A stretch of 64,000 nt of DNA, taken from contig OZ244561.1 in NCBI GenBank assembly GCA_965217585.1, positions 5,408,001 through 5,472,000 of the forward strand, read 5' to 3'. Source of the stretch: Candidatus Latescibacterota bacterium (GTDB taxonomy: Bacteria > Latescibacterota > UBA2968 > UBA8231). Below are positions 32,895 through 42,733 of the stretch, piece by piece (the stretch's first letter is position 1; every line of letters begins with the position of its first letter). The translations under genes were made by a program, and so were the position numbers. The notes beneath the pieces are model-generated. The model was not told the origin of the DNA. It did no database searches and was given only the letters and a program-made list of their open reading frames with translations.

Positions 32895-33879
32895 AAACCC
32901 CGAGTGGCTGTTGTTGCTCTTGCTGTTGCCCGTCTTGCTCTACAGCTATGTGCGCGCGCACCGGGGCCGCCAGAGCAGCGTGCAGTTTTCCGACCTCGGC
33001 GTGTTGCGCCGCGCCACGGCGTCGCTGTGGACCAAGCTCCGGCACGGCCTCTTCGTCTTGAAGATACTCGGCTTGGGCTGCCTCATCGCGGCCATGGCCC
33101 GCCCGCAAGCCGGGCGCGAGGTGCGGGAAATATCGGGCGAGGGCATCGACATCATGCTGACCTTAGACATCTCGTCGAGCATGGAGCTGAACGACCTAGA
33201 CGAGGGCCAGAAGAATCGCTTACAGGTGGCCAAGGAAGTGGTGGCCGACTTTATCTCCGGCCGCCACAGCGACCGCATCGGCATGGTCGTCTTTGCCGGC
33301 GAGAGCTTCACCCAGTGCCCGCTGACCCTCGACTATCGAGTGCTGTTGGAGTTTCTCGAGGGCGTGGAAATCGCCGGTGAGGAGTGGGATGGCACCGCCA
33401 TTGGCATGGCGCTGATCAACGCTTGCAATCGCCTGCGCGACTCGGAGGCCGCAAGCCGGGTGATTATCCTACTGACCGATGGCGTGAACAACTCCGGTGA
33501 GGTTGAGCCGTTGACCGCGGCTGAGGTGGCCGCGGCCGTGGGCATCCGGGTCTATACCATTGGCGTGGGCAGCGACGGGGAGATTCGCCGGCCCGTGCGC
33601 GGGATTTTCGGCACCCGCTATCAGACCGTACAGGTGGAGATCGACGAGGAGACCTTACAGGAGGTGGCTGCGCGCACTGGCGGCCAGTACTTTCGGGCGA
33701 CCAGCGAGGAAAAGCTAGAGGCCATCTACCGCGAAATCGGCGAGTTAGAGGCGACCGAGATCAAATCCGCAATCCACCTGAACTACTCGGAGCGCTTCGC
33801 CTATTTTCTCTACATGGGCTTGGGCCTGCTGTTGGTGGAGATGCTGTTGGCCCATACCCGTTTCCGCTCTCTGCCCTAA
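32875..33879 (+). CDS. batA: BatA-like vWA protein
   Basis: RFENP, ARPQ, MIDAS DISSSM, DRIGMVVFAG, PLTLD, GTAIG, LLTDGVNN. Confidence 0.85.
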   Translation: MQNIRFENPEWLLLLLLLPVLLYSYVRAHRGRQSSVQFSDLGVLRRATASLWTKLRHGLFVLKILGLGCLIAAMARPQAGREVREISGEGIDIMLTLDISSSMELNDLDEGQKNRLQVAKEVVADFISGRHSDRIGMVVFAGESFTQCPLTLDYRVLLEFLEGVEIAGEEWDGTAIGMALINACNRLRDSEAASRVIILLTDGVNNSGEVEPLTAAEVAAAVGIRVYTIGVGSDGEIRRPVRGIFGTRYQTVQVEIDEETLQEVAARTGGQYFRATSEEKLEAIYREIGELEATEIKSAIHLNYSERFAYFLYMGLGLLLVEMLLAHTRFRSLP

Positions 33880-33885
33880 GTTTCT

Positions 33886-34911
33886 ATGCGCTTTGCGAAC
33901 TTGGACAATTTTTGGTTGCTGTTGCTGCTGCCCTTTATGGCGGCCTTTTTTGCCTGGGCGCTCTGGGCACGCCGCCGCGCCTTGGCGCATTTTGCCCGTA
34001 GCGCTCTGGCCGAGAAGCTGACCCGCAACCTGAGCCGGGGCCGCCAGATGGGCAAGTACGTCCTCTTGGGGCTGGGGACCTTCTTTGCGATCCTCGCGTT
34101 GACCGGCCCCCAATTCGGCACCCAACTCGAAATGGCCCAGCACAAGGGCGTGGACGTGATGCTGGTGCTCGACGTGTCGCGCAGCATGCAGGCCGAGGAC
34201 GTCAAGCCGAGCCGCTTGGCGCGGGCTAAATACCAAATTCGCAGCCTCTTGGACTTGCTTAGGGGCGACCGGGTCGGGCTGGTGGTCTTTGCTGGTCAGG
34301 CCTTTGTCCAATGTCCGCTGACGACCGACTACGGGGCCGTGGAACTGTTTCTCGACGTGCTGGACGCCGGGGTTGTACCCGTTCAGGGGACGGCCATTGG
34401 CGACGCTGTGCGGCTGGCCACGCGCTCGTTTGAGGAAGGCGAGGGCCAGCACAAAGCCATTGTCCTCTTCACCGATGGCGAGGATCACATTGGGCAGCCG
34501 CTGGCAGCGGCGCAGGCGGCCGCCGGACAGGGCGTGCGCATTTTTGCCGTGGGGCTGGGGACGCCCGACGGCGAACTCATTCCCACCGAAGAGGAGGATG
34601 GAGGTGTGAGCTTCCACAAAGACAAGCGCGGCCAATACGTCAAAACCCGGCTCGACGAGAGCACCTTGCAGGACATGGTGCTGGAGACGGGGGGCGATTA
34701 CTTTCGCAGCACTTTGGGAGGCGCGGAGTTAGCAGCCTTATACGACCAGATCGCCGAGATGGATCAGCGCGAAATCGGCTCGACTCGCCTCACCCGCTAT
34801 CAGGAGCGCTTCCAATGGCCCCTATTGTTGGCCCTTTGCTGTTTCTTTGCCGAGGCTTTCTTAGGCGATGCGCGGGTGCAGGCCCGCGAGTGGAAGGGGC
34901 GGTTCGCCTAA
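33886..34911 (+). CDS. batB: BatB-like vWA protein
   Basis: DVSRSM.AEDVKPSRL, DRVGLVVFAG, TDGEDH, GLGT..G, TRLDE..L. Confidence 0.85.
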   Translation: MRFANLDNFWLLLLLPFMAAFFAWALWARRRALAHFARSALAEKLTRNLSRGRQMGKYVLLGLGTFFAILALTGPQFGTQLEMAQHKGVDVMLVLDVSRSMQAEDVKPSRLARAKYQIRSLLDLLRGDRVGLVVFAGQAFVQCPLTTDYGAVELFLDVLDAGVVPVQGTAIGDAVRLATRSFEEGEGQHKAIVLFTDGEDHIGQPLAAAQAAAGQGVRIFAVGLGTPDGELIPTEEEDGGVSFHKDKRGQYVKTRLDESTLQDMVLETGGDYFRSTLGGAELAALYDQIAEMDQREIGSTRLTRYQERFQWPLLLALCCFFAEAFLGDARVQAREWKGRFA

Positions 34912-35642
34912 TGAGTACACTATGGGTCGTCTTGGGGATCTGGCTGATCGTCTGCGGAGCGACCGTGGGCGATCCCGTGGCCAGCAAGAGCGCCGAGGCT
35001 TTGGAGCACTACCTGCGCGGCGAGTACGAGCAGGCCCTGCAACTCTACCGCGACGCTCTCCTCGACCGGCCCGACGCGCCCGAGCTGCACTTTAACGTCG
35101 GGGACGCGCTTTTTAAGCGCGGTGAATACGACCAAGCTCTGCGGGAATTCGAGCGGGTGCTCAATGCCGAGGAGAAAAAAATCCAGGCGCAGGCCCATTA
35201 CAACATGGGCAATAGCTTCTTTCAGCAGCAGGCGTTTGAACAGGCCGTCGCCGCCTACAAGCAGGCGCTGGAGCTAGACGCCGCCGATGAGGATGCAAAG
35301 GTGAACTTGGAGCTGGCGCTGGAGAAATTGCAGCAGCAGCAACAGCAGCAGCAACAGGACGATTCGGAACAAGACCAACAGCAGCAACAGCAGCAACAAA
35401 ATCAACAGGAACAGCAGGACGATTCAGAGCAGGATCAACAGGACCAACAGCAGCAACAAAATCAACAGGATCAACAGCAGGATTCAGAGCAAGACCAACA
35501 GCAGCAGGAGCAGCCCGCCGAGCAGCAGTCCATTAGTCCCGAAGAAGCTCAGCAGCTTATGGATGCCCTCAAAAACCGCGAGCTGGAAGCCCAGCAGCGC
35601 CGGTTTCGCGCCACCGGCAAAGCGCAGGCCAGGGACTGGTGA
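34911..35642 (+). CDS. batC: BatC-like TPR protein with Gln-rich linker
   Basis: AHYNMGN, YKQAL, DAKVNLELA, Q-rich tract, EEAQQLMDAL, ends RDW. Confidence 0.8.
   Translation: MSTLWVVLGIWLIVCGATVGDPVASKSAEALEHYLRGEYEQALQLYRDALLDRPDAPELHFNVGDALFKRGEYDQALREFERVLNAEEKKIQAQAHYNMGNSFFQQQAFEQAVAAYKQALELDAADEDAKVNLELALEKLQQQQQQQQQDDSEQDQQQQQQQQNQQEQQDDSEQDQQDQQQQQNQQDQQQDSEQDQQQQEQPAEQQSISPEEAQQLMDALKNRELEAQQRRFRATGKAQARDW
35331..35520 (+). repeat. About three tandem 60-bp units encoding QQDDSEQDQQ-type low-complexity sequence
   Basis: GATTC(A/G)GA(A/G)CA recurs at 35361, 35421 and 35481. Confidence 0.8.
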
Positions 35643-37420
35643 GCGCGCGTCTGACTATCCCGCTAGTACTCTGGGTGTTTGCGGCATCCGGCGTTGCGGC
35701 GGCGACGATTCAGTTTGAGGCGTCCGTCGATCGCACGCGTGCTAGTCAGGGCGAGCCGATTCGCCTGACGCTTCGCATCGTTTCCGACGAGCAATTGGGC
35801 CAGGTGACGCCAGCGTTCGACCTAAAGGATTTCCACGTTGAGGGGCCCGCGACTAGCACGCGGATGGAGATGAGCAACTTCTCCAACGTCAGCTTCACCC
35901 GCGAGTTAACGTACGTCCTCTATGCCAAGCAGGCTGGTACCTTCACAATCGGCCCGCTCCAGCTGGAGATGGGCGACGAGCGCTATGAGACCAAGCCCAT
36001 TACCGTCGAGATCGTCCGCGGTGATAGCCGTTCGCAAGCAGGCCAGGCAGACGACCCCCCCATATTCGTATTAGCGCGCGCCGACCACGAGCAAGCGTAT
36101 GTGGGGCAGCAGGTCACCGTATCCTACGACCTGTTCTACCGCATCCAACCGCACAACGTCAGCTTCAACAAGCTGCCGACCTTTGTCGGGTTCTGGACCG
36201 AAGATATCTTTGTCGCCCAACAGCTAGATTCGCATCAGGAGATGCGCGGCGGCGTGTCCTTCAACGTCGCGCCGCTGCGGCGCGTGGCCCTTTTTCCCAC
36301 CGGCGCGGGAACCCACGCCGTCGGTACGTTGGCCGTTTCCTGTGACATTCCCCAACAGCGCTCGCGTCGCGGCGGCGTGCTCGACGACTTCTTCGCCGGC
36401 GATCCGTTTTTTGGTCGCTCGCGCTCGGTGCTGCTGCAAAGCGAGGAACTGCAAGTAGAGGTTCTACCGCTGCCCGAGCAGGGCCGTCCCGCGGAATTTA
36501 CCGGCGCGGTGGGGCGCTTCCAACTCAGCGTCGAGGCTCAGCCGACCCAAATTGCGGTCGGGGACCCGGTGACGCTGCGAGTGCTGGTCGAGGGGGAGGG
36601 CAACATGGCCGCGGTGCAGCCTCTGCAAGTCGATGCCGCCGCTGGCGTCAAGCTCTACGATCCCAAGGTCGAGGAAGAAGAGCGAATCACCAACGGCGTG
36701 TACGGGGGCCGCCGCCTCTTCGAGTACATCTTGATTCCCGAGCAGGGCGGCACCCTAAACATCCCGCCGTTGCGCTTTGCGTACTTCGACCCACACCAAG
36801 CGCGCTACGAAGTCCTCAAATCCGCTCCCATCACCATTCACAGCGAGGGGAGCGTCGAGGAGGAAGGGGTGAACTACGGGTTGAGCCGGCGCGACATCGA
36901 GGCCGTAGGGGAGGACATTCGCTACATCAAGCCCGACGTCGAAGCCCTCGGCGCGGCCTCCATGTTATACAACAGCTATTGGTTTTGGACCTTGCAGGGC
37001 GCGCTGCCCCTCGCCTTCTTTGCCCTGCTTTTGTGGCAACGTCACCAGCGGCGCTTGCAGGGCGATGTTGCGTATGCGCGCCAGCGCCGGGCCAAAGGCG
37101 AGGCTGGACGCCACCTAGCCCGCGCCGATGCCTTGCTCGCGGCTGGCACCGAGGCCGAGTTTTACGGCGAGGTCCGCGCCGCGGTGCTGGAGTTCGTGGC
37201 CGACCGCCTCAACCTCGCCGCCGCCGGCCTGACCATTGAGGTCTGTACCGAGGCCCTGACGGCGCGCCAAGTGGATGCCGAGACGATTGCTGCGTTGCGC
37301 GACCTGCTGACGCGCTGCGACTTTGCGCGCTTTGCGCCCGCGGGCGGCCCGCCGACGGATCGGGTTGCGGCGCAGCGCTTGGCCGGGGAGGTGATCGCGG
37401 GTTTGGAGAAGCGGATATGA
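35639..37420 (+). CDS. batD: BatD-like protein
   Basis: ASVDR, AYVGQQV, FTGAVGRF, VGDPVTL...GEGN, YFDP, DIRYIK. Confidence 0.83.
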   Translation: MSARLTIPLVLWVFAASGVAAATIQFEASVDRTRASQGEPIRLTLRIVSDEQLGQVTPAFDLKDFHVEGPATSTRMEMSNFSNVSFTRELTYVLYAKQAGTFTIGPLQLEMGDERYETKPITVEIVRGDSRSQAGQADDPPIFVLARADHEQAYVGQQVTVSYDLFYRIQPHNVSFNKLPTFVGFWTEDIFVAQQLDSHQEMRGGVSFNVAPLRRVALFPTGAGTHAVGTLAVSCDIPQQRSRRGGVLDDFFAGDPFFGRSRSVLLQSEELQVEVLPLPEQGRPAEFTGAVGRFQLSVEAQPTQIAVGDPVTLRVLVEGEGNMAAVQPLQVDAAAGVKLYDPKVEEEERITNGVYGGRRLFEYILIPEQGGTLNIPPLRFAYFDPHQARYEVLKSAPITIHSEGSVEEEGVNYGLSRRDIEAVGEDIRYIKPDVEALGAASMLYNSYWFWTLQGALPLAFFALLLWQRHQRRLQGDVAYARQRRAKGEAGRHLARADALLAAGTEAEFYGEVRAAVLEFVADRLNLAAAGLTIEVCTEALTARQVDAETIAALRDLLTRCDFARFAPAGGPPTDRVAAQRLAGEVIAGLEKRI

Positions 37421-38172
37421 TGCGCACACTGGCGCTGTTGCTTCTGTTGGGTACCCAACAACTCCATGCTGGAGCCGCGGCTGGTCAGTACAACGAGGCC
37501 AACGCGCTCTATCGGGACGGGGATTTTGCGGCGGCGCGGCGCAGCTACTTGGAGGTGGTGGACGCTGGGGTGCAAGACGCTCGGCTCTACTATAACCTAG
37601 GCAATGCCTGCTTCAAGTCCGGGAAGCTGGGCGCGGCGATTCTCTGGTACGAGCGGGCGCGGCGTTTGCTGCCGCACGACGAGGACATCGAGGCCAATCT
37701 GCGCTTCGCCAACCTCGTGAAGCAGGACCGCGACCCGCAAGCCGAGGCTGGCCTCAGCGCGCTGGTAGCCGCGCTGGTGGCCGCCTATTTTTGGCCTACG
37801 TTCAACCAGCTCAGCCTGTTGTTCGCCGTGGCGTTTTTCGCGGTCTTTGTCTTGGGGGTGCGCTGGTTGTTTGCGCAGACGCGCCCCGGAGCGCTGTGGC
37901 TAGCTGGGGTTTTGCTCTGTGCGGGGCTGAGCGTTGGATCCGCGCTCTGGTTGGGGACGCGCCTGCGCCATCAGGCGCAGACGAGCGAAGCCATCGTCAC
38001 AGTTGCCGCGGCGCACGCGCGCTCCGGCCCCGACCTCGGGCAGACGGAGGTTTTTGTCGCGCACGAGGGTACCAAGGTGCGCTTGGTGCGGCAGGAAGGG
38101 GGGTGGATGCTGGTGCGGCTGGCCAATGGCCTCGGCGGATGGATGCCAGCGGAAGCCCTGACGCGGATCTGA
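37417..38172 (+). CDS. batE: BatE-like TPR plus SH3 protein
   Basis: YYNLGNA.FK.G..G.AILWYERA, HEGTKV, GW. Confidence 0.83.
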   Translation: MMRTLALLLLLGTQQLHAGAAAGQYNEANALYRDGDFAAARRSYLEVVDAGVQDARLYYNLGNACFKSGKLGAAILWYERARRLLPHDEDIEANLRFANLVKQDRDPQAEAGLSALVAALVAAYFWPTFNQLSLLFAVAFFAVFVLGVRWLFAQTRPGALWLAGVLLCAGLSVGSALWLGTRLRHQAQTSEAIVTVAAAHARSGPDLGQTEVFVAHEGTKVRLVRQEGGWMLVRLANGLGGWMPAEALTRI

Positions 38173-38227
38173 ACCGAACACGCAACTCTTTCGCGTATAT
38201 CAAACCACAACCAAAAAAGGATAAGCC

Positions 38228-39283
38228 ATGAGCACGCTCAAAGTAGGTATCGTCGGCGTTGGCGGAATCTCCCGCACGCACATTCCCGGCTGGGAGGCTT
38301 CTAGCGAGGCCGAGCTAGTCGCTGGCAGCGACATTAGCGAGGATGCGCTGCAGCGCTTTGGCGCAGAAAACGGGGTCACCAAGCTGCACACCGACCCCGA
38401 GGCGCTGTTCAGCGATCCCGACATCGACATTATCGACATCTGCACGCCCAACATGTATCACGCCCCGTTGGCCATTGCCGCGCTGTCGGCTGGCAAGCAC
38501 GTGATCTGCGAAAAGCCTTTGGCTCCCAGGCCCGAGGATGTTCTCCAAATGATCGCGGCGCGCGATGCCTCGGGCAAGGAGCTGATGACGGCGCAGCACG
38601 TTCGCTTTCAGGGCTCGTCCCGCGCGCTGAAGGCCGAAATAGACACGGGCGCGCTCGGCGACATCTACCACGCCCGCAGTTGGATGCTGCGCCGGGCCGG
38701 TGCGCCGGTCAGCGGCGGGTTTATTCTTAAGGAGCACAGCGGCGGTGGCCCCTGCATCGACATTGGGGTCCATATCCTCGACCTGACCTTGTGGTTTATG
38801 GGGCATCCCGAGCCAGTGGCTGTTTCGGGCGTGGCGCGCGCTGAATTGGCGCACCAAGAAGGGGCTTTCAGTCAATGGGGCCGCCAGCCGATCCCATCTC
38901 ACTACGATGTCGAGGATTTTGCCGCGGCCTTTGTGCGCTTTGACAACGGCGCAATACTGATCTTAGAGGTGAGCTGGCTTTTGCACCACCCGGTCCAAGG
39001 CGAGGCCATGCAGATGTGGCTCTACGGCACCCGAGGCGGCGCGCATTGGCCCCAGTGCTCGATTTGCGAGAGCAACAACCAGACTCGCCAGCAGTACGAC
39101 CGCAAGCTCATGCTGATGTACGACGGCCTCGAAGCCCACGCGCAGGAATGCGTGGAGTTCGCCGCGGCGATTGCCCAGGGGCGGCCCTCGCCGGTGCCGC
39201 CTGAACAATCCTTACAGGTGATGAAAATCCTCGATGGGATCTATCGGAGCCAAGAGGCGGGCGGGGAGATACGGCTGGACTGA
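38228..39283 (+). CDS. Gfo/Idh/MocA oxidoreductase
   Basis: KVGIVGVGGI, ICTPN..H, KHVICEKP, GGG..IDIGVH.LD. Confidence 0.92.
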   Translation: MSTLKVGIVGVGGISRTHIPGWEASSEAELVAGSDISEDALQRFGAENGVTKLHTDPEALFSDPDIDIIDICTPNMYHAPLAIAALSAGKHVICEKPLAPRPEDVLQMIAARDASGKELMTAQHVRFQGSSRALKAEIDTGALGDIYHARSWMLRRAGAPVSGGFILKEHSGGGPCIDIGVHILDLTLWFMGHPEPVAVSGVARAELAHQEGAFSQWGRQPIPSHYDVEDFAAAFVRFDNGAILILEVSWLLHHPVQGEAMQMWLYGTRGGAHWPQCSICESNNQTRQQYDRKLMLMYDGLEAHAQECVEFAAAIAQGRPSPVPPEQSLQVMKILDGIYRSQEAGGEIRLD

Positions 39284-39417
39284 GGAGAAGCTGACGGCTA
39301 GGAGGGAAATCGGATAAACGCATCCACCTTGGCGACGGTTGAAGCAGTTCGAGCAGTTCGCGTATATTGTCGCAAGATGAAGGAACGGACGAAGTACCCT
39401 AGTGAAAGGGGAATGCA

Positions 39418-40527
39418 ATGAGCCTCAAAATTGAGAGCATAACGCTGGAGCGATTCCGCGTATTCCGCGAGTTGACCATCCGCGGCTTGGGGCGCGTGAA
39501 CCTGATTACAGGAAAGAACAGCGCCGGAAAATCATCTGTTCTTGAAGGGCTGCGTCTTCTGGCAAGCAGTGCCACGTCTGACGTGATTTACGACATACTC
39601 AGACACCGTGAAGAAAATATCGAGGAAGCAAAGGAAGAAGGGCACCCCGCCGACCCCGATAGCTTGTTTCAGGTCTCTGGGCTGTTCCACGGATTTCCCT
39701 TGCTTTCAGAGGACCCTGAGCCGATTGCCATTTCAACTAGTGGTAGGTTGAGCCCAATGAGTATGAGAATACGCTTGGATTGGCTATCAGAGCAACTCGA
39801 CTCGGACGGAGAATATCGGTTGCTCCCTCTTGGTAAACTAGAACCAGACGGTATAGCTGCTTTGATCGTCAAGACACAAGACACAACAAAAATCCATCCA
39901 CTTGAGCGTTTTAGATATCCTTATTCAATGCGCAGGGGTCTTTTTGAACCATCTAACGAAACCCGGATGTCCTGTATCTTCATCAGCCCTTACGGCGGCG
40001 GCGGCACAGGAATGTTGGGGCCATTGTGGGATAAAATCGCGCTATCTGACGGGGAGAAGGATGTCGTTGAAGCGTTGCGCATAATCAACCCTCAGATCTC
40101 TGCCGTTTCCATGGTTGGCAGTACTCGCAGAAAGCCTACCGCCATTGTACGCACAGATAATATCGAGCGACCTGTTCCACTGCGCTCGTTTGGCGATGGA
40201 TTGAATCGGCTATTTGGAATCATTCTCTCGCTTGTCAACGCTCGCGGAGGACTTTTGCTGGTGGACGAATTTGAAAATGGTCTGCATCACACCGTGCAGT
40301 TGGATGTGTGGCGCACGATATTCCGATTGGCGCAAACGCTCGATATTCAAGTTTTCGCTACGTCTCATAGTTGGGACGCGGTCGAGGCGTTTCAGGAAGC
40401 GGCGGCCGAAGCGCCTGAAGAAGGGGTGCTTATACGCTTGGCCCGCAGGGGTGAGGACATTATTCCCACTGTGCTATCAGAAGACGAACTTGCCATAGCA
40501 ACTCGTGACCAAATCGAGGTGCGCTGA
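39418..40527 (+). CDS. ABC-type (AAA_15/AAA_21-like) ATPase
   Basis: GKNSAGKS, SFGDG signature, LLVDEFENGLH, ATSHS. Confidence 0.85.
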   Translation: MSLKIESITLERFRVFRELTIRGLGRVNLITGKNSAGKSSVLEGLRLLASSATSDVIYDILRHREENIEEAKEEGHPADPDSLFQVSGLFHGFPLLSEDPEPIAISTSGRLSPMSMRIRLDWLSEQLDSDGEYRLLPLGKLEPDGIAALIVKTQDTTKIHPLERFRYPYSMRRGLFEPSNETRMSCIFISPYGGGGTGMLGPLWDKIALSDGEKDVVEALRIINPQISAVSMVGSTRRKPTAIVRTDNIERPVPLRSFGDGLNRLFGIILSLVNARGGLLLVDEFENGLHHTVQLDVWRTIFRLAQTLDIQVFATSHSWDAVEAFQEAAAEAPEEGVLIRLARRGEDIIPTVLSEDELAIATRDQIEVR

Positions 40528-40528
40528 T

Positions 40529-41179
40529 ATGGCAAATGGGAGGAAAATCCTCTTGGTGGAGGGCACTGACGATAAGCACGTCCTAAAGCATATCTGTGGA
40601 AATCGAGACATTCCTCACCTCGACGAAGTGGAGAACTGTGGCAGTGTCGAAAAACTCATTGAGAATCTTGGGGTTCGACTCCCATTATTGATCCAGGAAG
40701 GCGACGCTATTGGGGTAGTCATTGATGCCGATACGGACATAAGCGCCCGTTGGCAGTCGATACGAGATCGAATCACCGATTTCGGATACCAAAATGTGCC
40801 TGATCAACCAGACCCGGACGGAACGATCCTCGATCCTCCGGCAGGAAGTTATCTACCGCGATTGGGCGTCTGGATTATGCCAGATAACCAGACAAGTGGA
40901 ATCTTGGAGGATTTCCTGCGCTTCCTCGTTCCGCAACCCAATATTCTTTTTGACCATGCTAAGGCCAGTGTGGCAGCTATCCCTGAAGGCGAGAGGCGTT
41001 TCAAACCACTAGACGAGCCAAAGGCGGTCATCCATACTTGGCTTGCTTGGCAAAAAGACCCAGGACTGCCTTTCGGAACGGCCATTACCGCCCGCTTCCT
41101 TGATCCCAGTGTTACAGAAGTAGATGTTCTCGTTGCTTGGTTGAAGCGGTTGTTCTTTCCCAACAGCCAAAGCTCTTAA
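40529..41179 (+). CDS. TOPRIM-like protein (DUF3226-like), partner of upstream ATPase
   Basis: LLVEGTDD, VVIDAD, GVWIMPDN...G.LEDF, KA.IHTWLAWQ..PG. Confidence 0.75.
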   Translation: MANGRKILLVEGTDDKHVLKHICGNRDIPHLDEVENCGSVEKLIENLGVRLPLLIQEGDAIGVVIDADTDISARWQSIRDRITDFGYQNVPDQPDPDGTILDPPAGSYLPRLGVWIMPDNQTSGILEDFLRFLVPQPNILFDHAKASVAAIPEGERRFKPLDEPKAVIHTWLAWQKDPGLPFGTAITARFLDPSVTEVDVLVAWLKRLFFPNSQSS

Positions 41180-41204
41180 CTACTGGAGATTGTGAAGATA
41201 GGAT

Positions 41205-42437
41205 ATGCTCATTCGTCGTATCAAACAGACCAACCTGCTCTCATTCGGCCCCGACTCCGGAGGACTCGAACTCAAGCGACTAAATGTATTAATCGGCCCC
41301 AATGGTTCGGGGAAGTCCAATCTTCTAGAGAGCATCGATATCCTCCGGTCGGCTCCGCGAGATTTGGCCGCACCTATCCGCGAGGGCGGAGGCATCCATG
41401 ATTGGATCTGGCGAGGAAAACCGGAAGGTACTGGTACTGCCCGCATCGAGGCCATTGTGGAAAACCCGCAAGGACCGCAGGCGTTGCGATATCGGCTGGG
41501 TTTTGCCGAACGCGGCCAGCGATTTGAGCTGATCGAAGAGCGGATAGAGAACGAACAGAGTTATGCAGAACATGAGGAGCCGTATATCTATTATGATCAG
41601 ACGGACGGACGGGCGTTTCTCACTTTTAAGGATGAGGATGACTTGAGTCCGGAGATACTGGCTACCGTAAAGGCGAAGTTCCCTCATGTTCGTCTTCGGC
41701 TGGGCCGGTACGACTTGCGTCCCGAGGAGATTAAACCGGACCAGTCCATTCTGTCCCAACGCAAAGATCCCGACCTCCCCGAACTGACGTACCTCGGCGA
41801 GGCCCTGAGCCGCATTCGCATTTATCGCGAGTGGTCGCTTGGGCGCGATTCCCCACTGCGTTTGCCACAGAAGCCCGATCTCCCCAACGATTTTCTGCAA
41901 GAGGACGGGAAAAACCTAGCCTTGGTGTTAAACAGCTTCCAAGGTAAGCCAGCGGTAAAGCGGCGTCTGCTGGACGCTTTAAGCAAATTCTACGAAGGCA
42001 TAACCGATTTCCACGTCAAGATTGAAGGCAGTACGGTCCAACTGTTCTTAGAGGAAGGCGACGTGGTCATACCGGCGACGCGTCTTTCAGATGGTACGCT
42101 GCGGTACCTCTGTTTGCTCGCCGTTCTCTGTCACCCGCAGCCGCCGCCTCTCATCTGTATCGAGGAACCCGAACTGGGCCTGCACCCGGATATATTGCCG
42201 ACGGTGAGCAAGTTGTTGCTCGAAGCGTCCGAACGCAGCCAGTTGATTGTAACGACCCATTCGGACATGCTCGTCGATGCCCTGACCAATGAATGGTGGA
42301 GTATTGTAGTTTGTGAAAAGCGCGACGGGCAGACTGTGATGCGCCGTCTCGATGAAGAGAAAATGGCCGCTTGGTTGGAGAACTACCGGCTCGGTGAACT
42401 CTGGAGCAGTGGTGAGATCGGGGGGAATCCTTGGTGA
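41205..42437 (+). CDS. ABC-type (AAA_21-like) ATPase
   Basis: GPNGSGKSN, LSDGTLR, CIEEPELGLHP, TTHS, LGELW..GEIGG. Confidence 0.87.
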   Translation: MLIRRIKQTNLLSFGPDSGGLELKRLNVLIGPNGSGKSNLLESIDILRSAPRDLAAPIREGGGIHDWIWRGKPEGTGTARIEAIVENPQGPQALRYRLGFAERGQRFELIEERIENEQSYAEHEEPYIYYDQTDGRAFLTFKDEDDLSPEILATVKAKFPHVRLRLGRYDLRPEEIKPDQSILSQRKDPDLPELTYLGEALSRIRIYREWSLGRDSPLRLPQKPDLPNDFLQEDGKNLALVLNSFQGKPAVKRRLLDALSKFYEGITDFHVKIEGSTVQLFLEEGDVVIPATRLSDGTLRYLCLLAVLCHPQPPPLICIEEPELGLHPDILPTVSKLLLEASERSQLIVTTHSDMLVDALTNEWWSIVVCEKRDGQTVMRRLDEEKMAAWLENYRLGELWSSGEIGGNPW

Positions 42438-42658
42438 GCGTCAGGGTATATGTTGAGGGCGGTGGAGACTCTAATCAATTAAAAAGACAATGTCGCGATG
42501 GCTTCAGGGAGTTTTTTAGCAAGGCCGGGCTTGAGGGCCGCATGCCGCGCGTCGTCGCTTGCGGTTCTCGGCAAAGAGCTTATGACCGATTTTGTACCGC
42601 CATTAATGAAGCCTCTCCTCATGCGCGACGGCTCATTGACATGCTGCGACAGTCTTAA
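42434..42658 (+). pseudogene. DUF4276-like TOPRIM protein, internally deleted
   Basis: YVEGGGD...ACGSR...AYDRF joined directly to a C-terminal-like ASPHARRL; 74 aa, no DxD-type motif. Confidence 0.6.
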
Positions 42659-42733
42659 AGTTTCTCGTGCCGTCCTCTGCCGACAGGTTTCGATGCTGCG
42701 ATTCGCACTCGGATAGGTAGTGGTTCGTCGCGC

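Noticed and set aside
35331-35520. 60-bp periodic repeat as a possible CRISPR array
   Set aside because: In-frame Gln-rich linker typical of BatC, with no unique spacers
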